Below, one piece after another: positions 20,087 to 29,260 of a stretch of DNA of 64,000 bases (within the stretch, counting starts at the first letter, position 1; the number at the start of each line of letters is the position of its first letter). The stretch comes from a virus: positions 7,199 to 71,198 of the IMG/VR virus record IMGVR_UViG_3300041409_000508, one strand, 5' to 3'. A model generated the notes under the pieces. It was not told where the DNA came from. It did not search any database and saw only the letters and a list, made by a program, of their open reading frames with translations. The position numbers were made by a program, and so were the translations under genes.

Positions 20087-20088
20087 GG

Positions 20089-20109
20089 CAGTGCAGTTTG
20101 TGGTAGTAT
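20089..20109 (+). promoter_or_regulatory. Phage promoter motif, 1-unit form
   Basis: CAGTGCAGTTTGTGG-TAGTAT with ATG 7 nt downstream. Confidence 0.75.
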
Positions 20110-20116
20110 CTGAGCT

Positions 20117-20260
20117 ATGCGAACACGCTGCCCAAAATGTCAGGTGCTGATGTCACATGGAGCTTCAGCAAATGAGTGCGCCAACTGTGGAACTACCTGG
20201 CGGCATCTAGACCGAAACCAAACTAAAGAATCCCCAACCCCAGAGACAAACCCTCAGTAG
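20117..20260 (+). CDS. Leaderless 47-aa CxxC..CxxC miniprotein (not in track)
   Basis: MRTRCPKC...ECANCGTTW; antisense cassette behind the motif promoter. Confidence 0.65.
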   Translation: MRTRCPKCQVLMSHGASANECANCGTTWRHLDRNQTKESPTPETNPQ

Positions 20261-21422
20261 CAGTCGGGATGCGCGTCGTAATCGTGCCTAGCTGATTAGC
20301 CACGAGTGGGATCATGATGGTGTCCAGCATGCAGCGTTGCAGCGGGAAACCAGGGCGCACGCTGACATCGAGTGGATCGTTGCACTCCAGCGCCGGGTTG
20401 CAGATGGTCTGTATCGTGAACGTCTCCGGCAACGCGATGTAGCGCCGTAACAGCACCTCGCCGGCCAACTCGACATCAGCATCTACCTGTAGTAATGGTG
20501 AACTGTAATAAGTCGGAGACGGACCGAACTGCGGGAATGTCGTTTTGTTCCAAGCCAGTGGCGAGTTTGGATCAGCATTAAATGTGACGATGAAATCTGT
20601 GATGCTGGACGGGTCCGACCCGTATGCCGTTACTATGTTGTGCACGTCAGTACGCTTGACGACTCGTTTAACAGTGGAGATCGCGCCACCAGCGCCACCC
20701 TGCAAAGTAGCAACAGGATGGCTGAAGTCAAACTTCAGAGAATAGACGATCATCTCACCGGCGTTGTTGAACCGAATACCCGCATAATAGAACTTGATCA
20801 ACTGAGCAAGATACGCGTATGAATCGTCTTCGACTATCTGGTCACCGATGATAGTGATGACATCGGGATCATAACCTTGCCAGTAGATAGGCACCCGAGC
20901 ATTGAGATACATCCCATAGCCATCGGGTGACAAGCCAGGATAAGTGGCTTGCTGAGGTATGGCTATGCCGTTGACAAGTCGTTGAAAGACGTTGCGGTGC
21001 GAGTCTCCGTTATTGAGAGGTAAAGGGAAGACAAGTTTGTTCTGCTGGAGCTGAGCAATACGGTCCAAAGCAGTGATGACGATTGGGCCATAAGGCGCAT
21101 CGTCCTGGCTGGCTTGTTCGATCCGATGGTAGCCGAGAGGCACATACTCCCTGTCCCCATTAGCAAACTCGATGCCTCGCTCAATGTAGATCTCCTGTCC
21201 GAACGGCTGCACCTGATCCCAGTACGCTCCTGGGATCGTGATCGTCAGGGTACTCTTGATGTCGGACAGCGACTGGATCGTCACGTTACCCGAGATCACC
21301 GGCACCTCTGTACCGGTCGGGTTCGTCCCGAACTGAGGTACCGGATTACACAGGACAGCTCTCACAGCGATCTTGTGCGGTCCCTGCAGTGCGCTGAGGA
21401 ACCGAGCTGAAACCGGATGCAC
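20223..21422 (-). CDS. Minor tail protein (DUF5047-like)
   Basis: VSARFLSAL..PH, PFGQEIYIERGI and EYVPLGYHRI motifs. Confidence 0.8.
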   Translation of the reverse strand: MHPVSARFLSALQGPHKIAVRAVLCNPVPQFGTNPTGTEVPVISGNVTIQSLSDIKSTLTITIPGAYWDQVQPFGQEIYIERGIEFANGDREYVPLGYHRIEQASQDDAPYGPIVITALDRIAQLQQNKLVFPLPLNNGDSHRNVFQRLVNGIAIPQQATYPGLSPDGYGMYLNARVPIYWQGYDPDVITIIGDQIVEDDSYAYLAQLIKFYYAGIRFNNAGEMIVYSLKFDFSHPVATLQGGAGGAISTVKRVVKRTDVHNIVTAYGSDPSSITDFIVTFNADPNSPLAWNKTTFPQFGPSPTYYSSPLLQVDADVELAGEVLLRRYIALPETFTIQTICNPALECNDPLDVSVRPGFPLQRCMLDTIMIPLVANQLGTITTRIPTATEGLSLGLGIL

Positions 21423-21440
21423 TCAGCTCCCTCGCTAGAA

Positions 21441-21461
21441 CAGTGCAGTCTGTGGTATGTT
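21441..21461 (+). promoter_or_regulatory. Phage promoter motif, 1-unit form
   Basis: CAGTGCAGTCTGTGG-TATGTT with GTG 6 nt downstream. Confidence 0.75.
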
Positions 21462-21467
21462 GTGGTA

Positions 21468-22130
21468 GTGAGAAAACCTCGACTGCTCGATCTGTGTTGC
21501 TGTGCCGGTGGCAGTGCCCGCGGCTATCAACTCGCCGGCTTCCACGTGACCGGTGTCGACATCAAGAACCAGCCACGATACGCCGGCGACGAATTCCATC
21601 GAGACGATGCTATCGAGAGTTTCTGAAAGAACATCATCACGAGTTCGACGCCGTCCACGGGTCACCGCCGTGTCAGCGATTCTCCGATCTGGCCCAAACG
21701 TAACGGTAACGCATCGGCGTGGCCGGACCTGTTGACTCCGATGCGTGAGGCAATGCGAGCCACCGGACTACCTTATGTGATCGAGAATGTCGAGGGCGCT
21801 CCCCTGATCGATCCGGTATGGTTGTGCGGCACCACATTCCCAGAATTATCGGTGATCAAGCATCTGGGTTTCGAGTCGAACATCGTCATTCCCGAGCGTC
21901 CTTGTGTTCGACCACACCCGTTGGTATTCACGTATGACAAGCGCAAGAATCAATACGGCAAAGTGGATCAGAACACGTCATTCGTGTCGGTCAACGGCGG
22001 TGGTAACTGTACGGTCGCTAATGCGCGCCGTGCGATGGGCATAAACTGGATGACCAAAGACGAACTCAACGAAGCGATCCCACCTGCGTACGCTGAATAC
22101 ATCGGCCGATTCCTGATCCAACAGCTCTAG
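21468..22130 (+). pseudogene. C5 cytosine DNA methyltransferase interrupted by two frameshifts
   Basis: LLDLCCCAGG (motif I), SPPCQ (IV) and IENV (VI) lie in successive frames; extra AG at about 21615-21619 and extra C at about 21693-21695. Confidence 0.8.
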
Positions 22131-22327
22131 AGCCTCAGCCACGACGGGTCAGGGTTGCTGCAAACCGAACCGTCCTTGTGCTGTGGGTGCTGCCACTCGG
22201 TGCACTGCCGACAGCACATAGTGCTCGGAGGCTCACACCGCAGTCCATGCGTTGAGCAACACAGGCCGGCGTAGTTACCCGCTGGTAGCGACTGACGCAG
22301 CCTCTCACGTTGCCAGGAATGCATCAT
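22127..22327 (-). CDS. Small Cys/His-rich protein
   Basis: CSTHG..CEPP...CC..C..W.HP.H.DG..C; coupled to the upstream gene. Confidence 0.5.
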   Translation of the reverse strand: MMHSWQRERLRQSLPAGNYAGLCCSTHGLRCEPPSTMCCRQCTEWQHPQHKDGSVCSNPDPSWLRL

Positions 22328-22668
22328 AAAGATTGCCTCACAATATAATCACGATGTGCACGTTGTGCATTCCTTAGCTCAACATCTGGATGATTTTCGC
22401 CAACAATAGTGTCTAAAACTGTCACAGCAGCAATAATAATGATAACAGCACCAATACATCCGACTGTGATTGATGCCATAGCCCAACCCGCTGTATCTAT
22501 GTGATGCAAAGATCCCTCAAAACCTACGTAAACACCAAAAGCAATTAAAGCCAAGAAAAACAACAGAAACACAGCAAACACACGCACCCAACGCTTATAT
22601 GATTGCAACGACACTCGCGCATCCTCAAGTGCGTCAAGTAAATGCTGCTCTTCCAGTGGGTCATCCAT
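22324..22668 (-). CDS. Two-TM membrane protein (AT-rich insert)
   Basis: TAGACT -10 located 7 nt before the ATG; two TM helices. Confidence 0.6.
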   Translation of the reverse strand: MDDPLEEQHLLDALEDARVSLQSYKRWVRVFAVFLLFFLALIAFGVYVGFEGSLHHIDTAGWAMASITVGCIGAVIIIIAAVTVLDTIVGENHPDVELRNAQRAHRDYIVRQSL

Positions 22669-22691
22669 AAGAGCAGTCTATCGTACCAACG

Positions 22692-24110
22692 TTATGCCAC
22701 GCCTACCAGCGCATCAGCAGGAGTGCCTTGCAATGCAAGCACTGCTGACCATGTTGCATTAGCCACAAGCTCAGTATTCCAATCTGTGTAATTAGTGATC
22801 AAAGTCGCCCAGGTAACCGTAGCCCCTATGATTGCCAGATCAGGCATGCCGACCTCAGTCAATGGCACAGTAAGTGTGTTTCGGTGAGACAAGTGCGCCG
22901 GCTTGACATAGTTGTAGGTCCCGACTCCCGCATACATACTCTTCAGTGCTAGATTCACTGGTGTCTGCAGCAACATAATGATACCTAACGACAACACCAG
23001 ATCCACTGCTGCTACCTCGATATCATCCTGTGTGAACAGCGAAATAGTGACTGTCCGCGGCGAGTGTATGTCGGTCGATGCAATAGCGGTACGCTTGCCG
23101 ACGATCGGGAAGAATCCGAGGCGTGTAGTGCGCTCCGTCTCCTCCCAACCGATCAGCATGACTGAGCGGTTGAGGTACGGCGCACTGGGAAACTTCAGCC
23201 AAACTGCAGACATCGTCGGAGTGATCTGTGCACTTGTGCGCGTGACGAAGTCAGCGTTGCGTAATGCCACCGCAGCGCCGTAGCTGATGGCTGCAGCACC
23301 ACCTGTCACGACGAACGCCCCTGCAGCTACCGCGGCTGGTGTCGTCAGCAGTTGGTAATCCCACACCAAGCCAGCGTCCAGGCCGGCAGTACTCATTGGC
23401 TCACCGATCTCCGTAGCGCCCGAAACCGTAGCTACGCCGGTCCAGTCATCAGCCTTCCAGCCGAGGTAAAGCACCGCGGTCCAGTTCGCCTCGACACCGG
23501 CCATCGGCGGGTAGGTGATGTTCTGAGCGCTGGGGTTGAGTTGATAGGTCGTTGCGGCCGGCGTGCGCTCGCAGTTGCGGAAACACGCCATCTGAGCGAT
23601 CACGTCGCTGCCAGACGCTCCGGTGACACCGCCCGTGACACTGACAGTCGGGGTGGCTTCACTGCTCAGAGCCCGCTTACCGAACAGCCCGATGTTGTCG
23701 GTCTGCATCATGACAGTCCAGCCCGCGGGGCACACCACCGTGCCAGTGCCAGAGTTTCGGATGCTCGCCCAGATCACCAGCAGGTCGCCTTCGGCATAAC
23801 CCACCGGTACGGTCGGGGACACCGCGATACCACTGGCGCTAACCGCTGTACTCGACGCTACGAACGTCGGCAGGCCGGTGTCGACAGCGGACACCCGGTA
23901 GTAGTTGATCACACCAGGAGCGAACTCGTAGTCGATGAGACTGGCCGCGGTGCTGACGATCGGCACCGCGCTGCCACCACGCACCTGCGACCAGTGAATC
24001 TGATCTGTTGAAACCTCAAACAGTGCTACGTCAGCGGTCGCAGGCAGCGAGGTCGCCGACAGCAGGACTCTCGCTGTGGTGTCGTCGTATGTAAGAGACA
24101 GTGAGGCCAA
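22692..24110 (-). CDS. Minor tail protein (distal tail-like with inserted domain)
   Basis: First large gene after the tape measure; VRGG, DYEF.PG..NYYRV and VWLK..P.LN motifs. Confidence 0.75.
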   Translation of the reverse strand: MASLSLTYDDTTARVLLSATSLPATADVALFEVSTDQIHWSQVRGGSAVPIVSTAASLIDYEFAPGVINYYRVSAVDTGLPTFVASSTAVSASGIAVSPTVPVGYAEGDLLVIWASIRNSGTGTVVCPAGWTVMMQTDNIGLFGKRALSSEATPTVSVTGGVTGASGSDVIAQMACFRNCERTPAATTYQLNPSAQNITYPPMAGVEANWTAVLYLGWKADDWTGVATVSGATEIGEPMSTAGLDAGLVWDYQLLTTPAAVAAGAFVVTGGAAAISYGAAVALRNADFVTRTSAQITPTMSAVWLKFPSAPYLNRSVMLIGWEETERTTRLGFFPIVGKRTAIASTDIHSPRTVTISLFTQDDIEVAAVDLVLSLGIIMLLQTPVNLALKSMYAGVGTYNYVKPAHLSHRNTLTVPLTEVGMPDLAIIGATVTWATLITNYTDWNTELVANATWSAVLALQGTPADALVGVA

Positions 24111-24163
24111 GGAAAAATACTCCAGTCCTCTAGTTCACCCGTACGGAGCAACAGCTAGCTTCG

Positions 24164-24184
24164 CAGTACAGTCTGTGGTATAGT
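24164..24184 (+). promoter_or_regulatory. Phage promoter motif, 1-unit form
   Basis: CAGTACAGTCTGTGG-TATAGT with ATG 6 nt downstream. Confidence 0.75.
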
Positions 24185-24190
24185 GTAGTA

Positions 24191-24433
24191 ATGAGAGAAA
24201 ACAACATTGACGAGTTACTCGATATCACTCCGAAACTCAAAGGGCGCTACGATGATGCTCGGTATATCTATGTGATGTCTGCAGCCGGCAACGAAGTATC
24301 CATCAGAATCGGAAATCAGACGCCAGTCTTTGTTGATGCAGTAGATTTCTTACGACTAGTTTCGCACGTTGTTCTTGATATCGTTTATGGCCCATCGCCT
24401 ACTGATATAGCTAACGAAGCGCGACGCAGCTAG
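24191..24433 (+). CDS. Leaderless antisense cassette gene
   Basis: 80-aa ORF starting at the predicted +1 of the motif promoter. Confidence 0.7.
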   Translation: MRENNIDELLDITPKLKGRYDDARYIYVMSAAGNEVSIRIGNQTPVFVDAVDFLRLVSHVVLDIVYGPSPTDIANEARRS

Positions 24434-24566
24434 CCGGATCATGCTCGCGCTGGTCGACTGGCTGGTGTAGCTCGTGGCACACCGCGCCACAGTCACACGG
24501 CGTCGAACACTGCCGTGTGACCTCCCAGTGCTGGTGCCGTCGAGCGCGGCGATGTTGCGGCATCAG

Positions 24567-24644
24567 CGCATCGACCTCCAACGCTACTTGTGTTGATCAA
24601 GCGCAGTTCCAACGCGAAGCTCAGTTGCGTTGGAGGTCGATGCG
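24567..24644. repeat. Perfect 18-bp inverted repeat
   Basis: cgcatcgacctccaacgc (24567-24584) / gcgttggaggtcgatgcg (24627-24644). Confidence 0.85.
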
Positions 24645-24648
24645 TCTA

Positions 24649-25842
24649 TCAGACGATGGACCCGCGGCCCATGCGTGCGGCTACCGCGACACCTTGAGTC
24701 ATCATGCTGATCTGGTTGGTGACCATGTCTCGCAGCTCCGTCTCCCCGATTTTCACTGTGACCTGATGGAAGTGAGTACCACCCATAGCTGAGTTCGGCG
24801 TGATGAATCCACTGCCACCCATACGCAGGATCTCGGGACCATGCTCACCCACTAAGTAACTCTTACCACCCATCACCGAACCGCCCATAGCCTTGCCACC
24901 ACCGAAAATCGATGAGAAGAACGATCCGATGCCATGGAGAATGCCACTGAAGAATCCACCGATGCCGCCACCACTGCTGGTGCTGGTCGTGCCTCCACCA
25001 GTAGCACCGGCAACACCACCGATCGCTCCTGCACTGCTGGTGATGCCACCCAGACCGGCGAGGATCGGAGCTATGAAGTTCATGATGCCGGCTAGCCAAC
25101 CCATCAACACCTGCAACAACGGCAGCAGGCCGATCAGAATGTTGGCAAAACTGGTGAACAATGAGATCATCGTCGGTAGCATGGATTCGATGATCGGCAG
25201 GATCTTCGCGCCCATGCCAGAGAACGCAGTCATCCAGTTCTGTATCGCCGCCACCACCTGAGGCTGCAGCAGGAACTGCACCAGCTTCTCGCGTAGACTA
25301 CCCAGTGAAGTAGCGATACCGCCCAAGCCGGCACCAAGAACGGGGAAATACACGCGCGCTAGTTGATTGACATCACCGGCGAAACCAGCCCAGAATCCTT
25401 GCTGGATGATGCCGTACAAATTCTTTAACTGTGGCTCAAGTAACCGAACAGCCATGACAGCGTCTTTCATGGCTGGCGCCATGTTCCGTGTTGCCGCTAC
25501 AAACTGTGCCGGTGATGCCGCACTGATGGCCGTCGAGAAGTTGGCCATCGCCATCTGTGCGATGTTGATCGGATTTACCAACGCAATCAAAAAACCAGGG
25601 ATGATAAGAAATATCTTGGCTATCTTGCCCAACGCATTGAACACGCCGTTGACCAGTGGTTTGATATTACCGGTCAGCGCAGCCCCGAACATCTTGCCGA
25701 CGTTGACGACGGCGTCGCCCATCTTACCGAGGACAGCAGTCGCCTGTTTGGTGGACGCAATAAGGTTGCTGACAGATCCCTTGAAGTTGATGAAGACAGT
25801 TCGTTGAGTGGCCATCGCACCACTGGCAGAGGCGGCAGTCAC
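24649..25842 (-). CDS. Tape measure protein (short)
   Basis: Ala/Gly-rich amphipathic helices; C-terminal A.GG.V..GKSYLVGEHGPE motif; follows the chaperone genes. Confidence 0.8.
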   Translation of the reverse strand: MTAASASGAMATQRTVFINFKGSVSNLIASTKQATAVLGKMGDAVVNVGKMFGAALTGNIKPLVNGVFNALGKIAKIFLIIPGFLIALVNPINIAQMAMANFSTAISAASPAQFVAATRNMAPAMKDAVMAVRLLEPQLKNLYGIIQQGFWAGFAGDVNQLARVYFPVLGAGLGGIATSLGSLREKLVQFLLQPQVVAAIQNWMTAFSGMGAKILPIIESMLPTMISLFTSFANILIGLLPLLQVLMGWLAGIMNFIAPILAGLGGITSSAGAIGGVAGATGGGTTSTSSGGGIGGFFSGILHGIGSFFSSIFGGGKAMGGSVMGGKSYLVGEHGPEILRMGGSGFITPNSAMGGTHFHQVTVKIGETELRDMVTNQISMMTQGVAVAARMGRGSIV

Positions 25843-25857
25843 TTACTGCGCCTCCTT

Positions 25858-26787
25858 TTAGCCTGAGTAAACTTTAGCCATCCATGACGGATTCGAGCTG
25901 TATAAGTCGCCAGGTTTGATCAAGTTTGATCCTGCCAGTTCGTCATAGCCACGGGACTCAGGCCCTGACGTCGGCATATAAGCGGTGTTTCCTTCCCAAC
26001 TGCCGCCCTCAGACCCACCTAACGAGTTGAAACCAGGACCAGGCGTATTGATGCCGCTAGCGTCGTCTTGCGCAACCGTTGTCCAGCCGCCTAAGTTACT
26101 CCAGTTTCCCTCAGTGTCGCCCGCAGCTTCGTCCTGGCCTACCGTACTGATTCCTGGCCCCAGGTCTGACCACACCGAATCATTGAACCCAGAGCCGTAG
26201 TCAACCTCTTGCTGAGTTGGAAAATCGGACGGCTTGGTCAGCGCGTCGCCAGTGTCTCCGCTGTTATCTCTACTGCCCCAACCGGACAGCGACTTGTCCA
26301 TCGCCTGTTGAGTGGCCACCTGTGCGGGGTCGTCAGAGGGCGGTGAGCCGCTCATAGCCATCGACGTGCTCTGAGTCCATGGAGTGAAAGAAGACGGAAA
26401 ACCACTGGACGATGACGAACTGGCACCGAAAGGCCCATCAGAGTCCGACGGAGGTATCGGTGGCACAGTCGATCCTACGTCGCTACCGGGTGGGGCGTTA
26501 TCGGATATCGCTGACTTCATGTTGTTGAGCATGTCTCCAGGCAGCGAGTTATTGGCTCCGAACATGCCCGACAAGCTATTAGGATCGAAGTTAGTGCTGT
26601 ACGCATCAGAGTAGGTGTTAGCGCCTTCGATCGGCTGCTCCGGCCCCACCGTGGCGCCGGCAACACCTGTGTTCAGTCCCGCGTCACCAGGGTCAGGTGA
26701 GTCGAACTGATATGCCTGACTGTCTGACGCGGCTTGTGATCCCCCGAAAGCATCACCACCATCCGCATCACCGATCGGATCACTCAT
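25858..26787 (-). CDS. Acidic low-complexity (D/S/G/P) protein
   Basis: 309-aa open frame, ATGA-coupled to the upstream gene; very few basic residues. Confidence 0.65.
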   Translation of the reverse strand: MSDPIGDADGGDAFGGSQAASDSQAYQFDSPDPGDAGLNTGVAGATVGPEQPIEGANTYSDAYSTNFDPNSLSGMFGANNSLPGDMLNNMKSAISDNAPPGSDVGSTVPPIPPSDSDGPFGASSSSSSGFPSSFTPWTQSTSMAMSGSPPSDDPAQVATQQAMDKSLSGWGSRDNSGDTGDALTKPSDFPTQQEVDYGSGFNDSVWSDLGPGISTVGQDEAAGDTEGNWSNLGGWTTVAQDDASGINTPGPGFNSLGGSEGGSWEGNTAYMPTSGPESRGYDELAGSNLIKPGDLYSSNPSWMAKVYSG

Positions 26788-26936
26788 CCTGACATCTGCC
26801 GTCCTTCTGGATCTTCTTTTTCGTTCTGTTTGTTCAATACCTCAATAGCAGTCTTAATGCCTCGCCATCCTTGATCCGCCCAAATATCAGGTGAAATTCC
26901 GGTAGCAACCGCAAGCTCTATGGTAAGCCGAGTCAC
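26784..26936 (-). CDS. Tail assembly chaperone, second (-1 frame) part (not in track)
   Basis: VTRLTIELAVATGISPDIW...; lies in the -1 frame overlapping the chaperone end at GGATCCTAC. Confidence 0.65.
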   Translation of the reverse strand: MTRLTIELAVATGISPDIWADQGWRGIKTAIEVLNKQNEKEDPEGRQMSG

Positions 26937-27328
26937 CGACCCGGCTTCGTAGGATCCATAGATTTACTGTGTATGTCTTCTAGCATGGACATCACAGCGT
27001 CCGCAATATCTGTCGAGCTACCTTCAGCTTCTGTCACTCTCTCGATAACCACCAGCAGTTCGTCATAATTCAGTGGACCGGATACCGCGTCAGGTTGAGG
27101 TAGAACATCATAGTTGTCTACAAACTCGTCAAACGAAGGAACTTCGTGCTCGCCCTGTTCTTTGAGCGCAAGATAAGCCAATGAATAGCAGAAATCCATC
27201 GACGGATTCTCTGCCATGTTTCGCAATGTATTGCGTGAACTACGTTTCTCCCATTTCTTGACATCACGCGCGCGTGCTGTCAGCATGAACGGCTTACCAC
27301 CATCAGGAGTAATCAAGAATGACTGCAT
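26933..27328 (-). CDS. Tail assembly chaperone
   Basis: Lies between the major tail and tape measure genes; RDVKKWE motif; ends DPT. Confidence 0.7.
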   Translation of the reverse strand: MQSFLITPDGGKPFMLTARARDVKKWEKRSSRNTLRNMAENPSMDFCYSLAYLALKEQGEHEVPSFDEFVDNYDVLPQPDAVSGPLNYDELLVVIERVTEAEGSSTDIADAVMSMLEDIHSKSMDPTKPGR

Positions 27329-27846
27329 TACACTGATGTTCCTATCACTGTGATTTCATAAGATACAGATGTGCCTGCAGCCGAATTAGCAATCTGCAGG
27401 AGGTCAGTCGAGCTGGCGGTCACCGGATACGCCGTAGCATCAGCGGGACCGGCTACCCACATCGCGGTAGCGCCTGGTCGCAGGATCGTGGTGTGCGTCG
27501 TCGCACCGAACAGGCCGGTGAACGTGGTAGTGCCACCGCCTATCACTACGTTGTTGGTGTTAGCTGCCAACGCTGAAATGATCAGAGCCTTGATCCTGGC
27601 GAACGTCAGCGTCGCTCCCGAGCTGGGGTCTGCCAGCGCACCGGCGAAGTCGATGTTCTCCGTGGCACTGGCTGTCAGTGTCCGAGACGACCACCACGCG
27701 GTGTCGGCCGCACCAGCGACCGTGCCGCTGATCAGCGACGCACCGTAGGACCGCTGTAAGTTAGCACTGGACGTCCCTAGCGCCGGAGTGTTAGCGATCG
27801 TTGCCGCTACCGACAGGCTGATCACTGTGGAGAGTGCCACAGACAC
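27328..27846 (-). CDS. Putative tail-associated virion protein
   Basis: GGAGG SD; Thr/Ala-rich beta protein. Confidence 0.6.
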   Translation of the reverse strand: MSVALSTVISLSVAATIANTPALGTSSANLQRSYGASLISGTVAGAADTAWWSSRTLTASATENIDFAGALADPSSGATLTFARIKALIISALAANTNNVVIGGGTTTFTGLFGATTHTTILRPGATAMWVAGPADATAYPVTASSTDLLQIANSAAGTSVSYEITVIGTSV

Positions 27847-27858
27847 CTCCTAGCGTGA

Positions 27859-27879
27859 CAGGTCAGTATGTAGTAATAT
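27859..27879 (+). promoter_or_regulatory. Phage promoter motif, 1-unit form (variant)
   Basis: CAGGTCAGTATGTAG-TAATAT with ATG 6 nt downstream. Confidence 0.65.
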
Positions 27880-27885
27880 CTAGCT

Positions 27886-28038
27886 ATGACTGAAACAAAG
27901 ATTATCAAAGAATTAAAATTGCTATCTGTTCAGCTAGTCGATGATTACGTAATCACCACGATTCGTGGACGAACTGACGAAGATGGCTGGAGAATTTACG
28001 GATTATCAAACGAACATATGACTAACCAACCCGAGTGA
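27886..28038 (+). CDS. Leaderless 50-aa antisense miniprotein (not in track)
   Basis: MTETKIIKELKLLSVQLVDDYV...; AT-rich. Confidence 0.6.
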   Translation: MTETKIIKELKLLSVQLVDDYVITTIRGRTDEDGWRIYGLSNEHMTNQPE

Positions 28039-28486
28039 ACGTCGGTACACCAAGAATGAGCATCGTGATTGACGTCTCTTCGATCGTTCGCAGGTCGCCA
28101 CCTACAGTCGGTGCCTTGATGACACAAGTTCCCGACCATCGCACGTGCTCACCGACGACATCAGGCATGTGGTCGAGGATGAAGCCGGCATAAGCACGAC
28201 TGTTGTTCCACAGGTAGTCAGAGATTCCACCGGCCCGCCAGTCAGCAAAAAATTTCACTTGCAAAGCGTAATCGTTGTCAGTTTCCGTGCGAAACTCACT
28301 AAGATTCCCTCCGTAGCTCCAGGTCTTAGTCCCGTCTACTGTGTTATTGAGAATGCTCCAGTTATTGAGCTGCATCGACTGATCTACGCCATTTAAAGTA
28401 AACACAACGATCTTGAGCCTGCGCGTGTGAACTAGCTGGCCACTGGGAGCAGTCAGAGGACCGCCATAATAGATAGGTGCAGTCAT
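28022..28486 (-). CDS. Major tail protein
   Basis: Size and position; DWRAGGISDYLW and W.G...IKAP.VGG motifs. Confidence 0.75.
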   Translation of the reverse strand: MTAPIYYGGPLTAPSGQLVHTRRLKIVVFTLNGVDQSMQLNNWSILNNTVDGTKTWSYGGNLSEFRTETDNDYALQVKFFADWRAGGISDYLWNNSRAYAGFILDHMPDVVGEHVRWSGTCVIKAPTVGGDLRTIEETSITMLILGVPTFTRVG

Positions 28487-28869
28487 CGGGCGGCAACCTC
28501 CATCTGAACCACGGTGATATAACAGGGCAGCGCGCCACTAGGGCTCGGATACGTTCCTGGCGCTGACGACAGCACTACCCCCGGTGTGTAGCGCTCCACA
28601 GACTCAGCTATCGCCCCTACCAGTGTCAGCAGCTGATCGAGTGCGTACTGCGACACACCAGTCACCAGATACAGGCTCCACTGCACCGTGAGCGGCTGAC
28701 CACCCACGCTGGCCTCACCGACGTAGCCCAACCGCGGCGGCCCGATCACCACTGCCGGTGGGCTGATCGGAGTAGCGATGTTGGTACTGATCCTGATGCC
28801 AGGGATGATGATCAACGCAGCGGCGAGCCGCTGGGTAGCGTCAGCGATCGGTGTCAGCGCAGCAGCCAC
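28483..28869 (-). CDS. Tail terminator / head-tail completion protein
   Basis: PPAVVIGPPRL and LPCY motifs; position. Confidence 0.7.
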   Translation of the reverse strand: MAAALTPIADATQRLAAALIIIPGIRISTNIATPISPPAVVIGPPRLGYVGEASVGGQPLTVQWSLYLVTGVSQYALDQLLTLVGAIAESVERYTPGVVLSSAPGTYPSPSGALPCYITVVQMEVAAR

Positions 28870-28891
28870 CTAATACCTCCTGCTGGACTGA

Positions 28892-28912
28892 CAGTACAGT
28901 CTGTGATAGGGT
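28892..28912 (+). promoter_or_regulatory. Phage promoter motif, 1-unit form
   Basis: CAGTACAGTCTGTGA-TAGGGT with ATG 7 nt downstream. Confidence 0.75.
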
Positions 28913-28919
28913 CTAATCC

Positions 28920-29090
28920 ATGACTAATGTATGGGCTCCTTGGAATCGTGGCCCTAGAGTTCATCGTGCACATGACCAGCAGCAAACACCCGCATGTCGT
29001 TCTCTCATGTCTGTTGATGTAAACAAATATGAGACCACTGACCAACCCATCACATGCAAACGATGCAGCCATACTGAAAGAGTAAAATAA
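28920..29090 (+). CDS. Leaderless 56-aa H..C..CxxC miniprotein (not in track)
   Basis: VHRA...PACR...TDQPITCKRC. Confidence 0.65.
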   Translation: MTNVWAPWNRGPRVHRAHDQQQTPACRSLMSVDVNKYETTDQPITCKRCSHTERVK

Positions 29091-29092
29091 TC

Positions 29093-29260
29093 ATGTCTAA
29101 TAACAGCCATCAGTGCCCATGCCATCTGCATACAAATGGACGACTCGATCTAAAATTAGCTGCATGGATTGAGCAAGATGAAATACGCCAAATACATCCA
29201 GACTATGACGCATGGCTGTACAATCATGGGTTAAATCAAACTAAGCAAGCCCACCCATGA
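29093..29260 (+). CDS. 55-aa antisense miniprotein (not in track)
   Basis: Starts 2 nt after the previous stop; MSNNSHQCPCHLH... Confidence 0.55.
   Translation: MSNNSHQCPCHLHTNGRLDLKLAAWIEQDEIRQIHPDYDAWLYNHGLNQTKQAHP

Noticed and set aside
10655-24110. Diversity-generating retroelement or invertible tail-fibre cassette
   Set aside because: No reverse transcriptase, invertase or near-identical template/variable repeat pair was seen.
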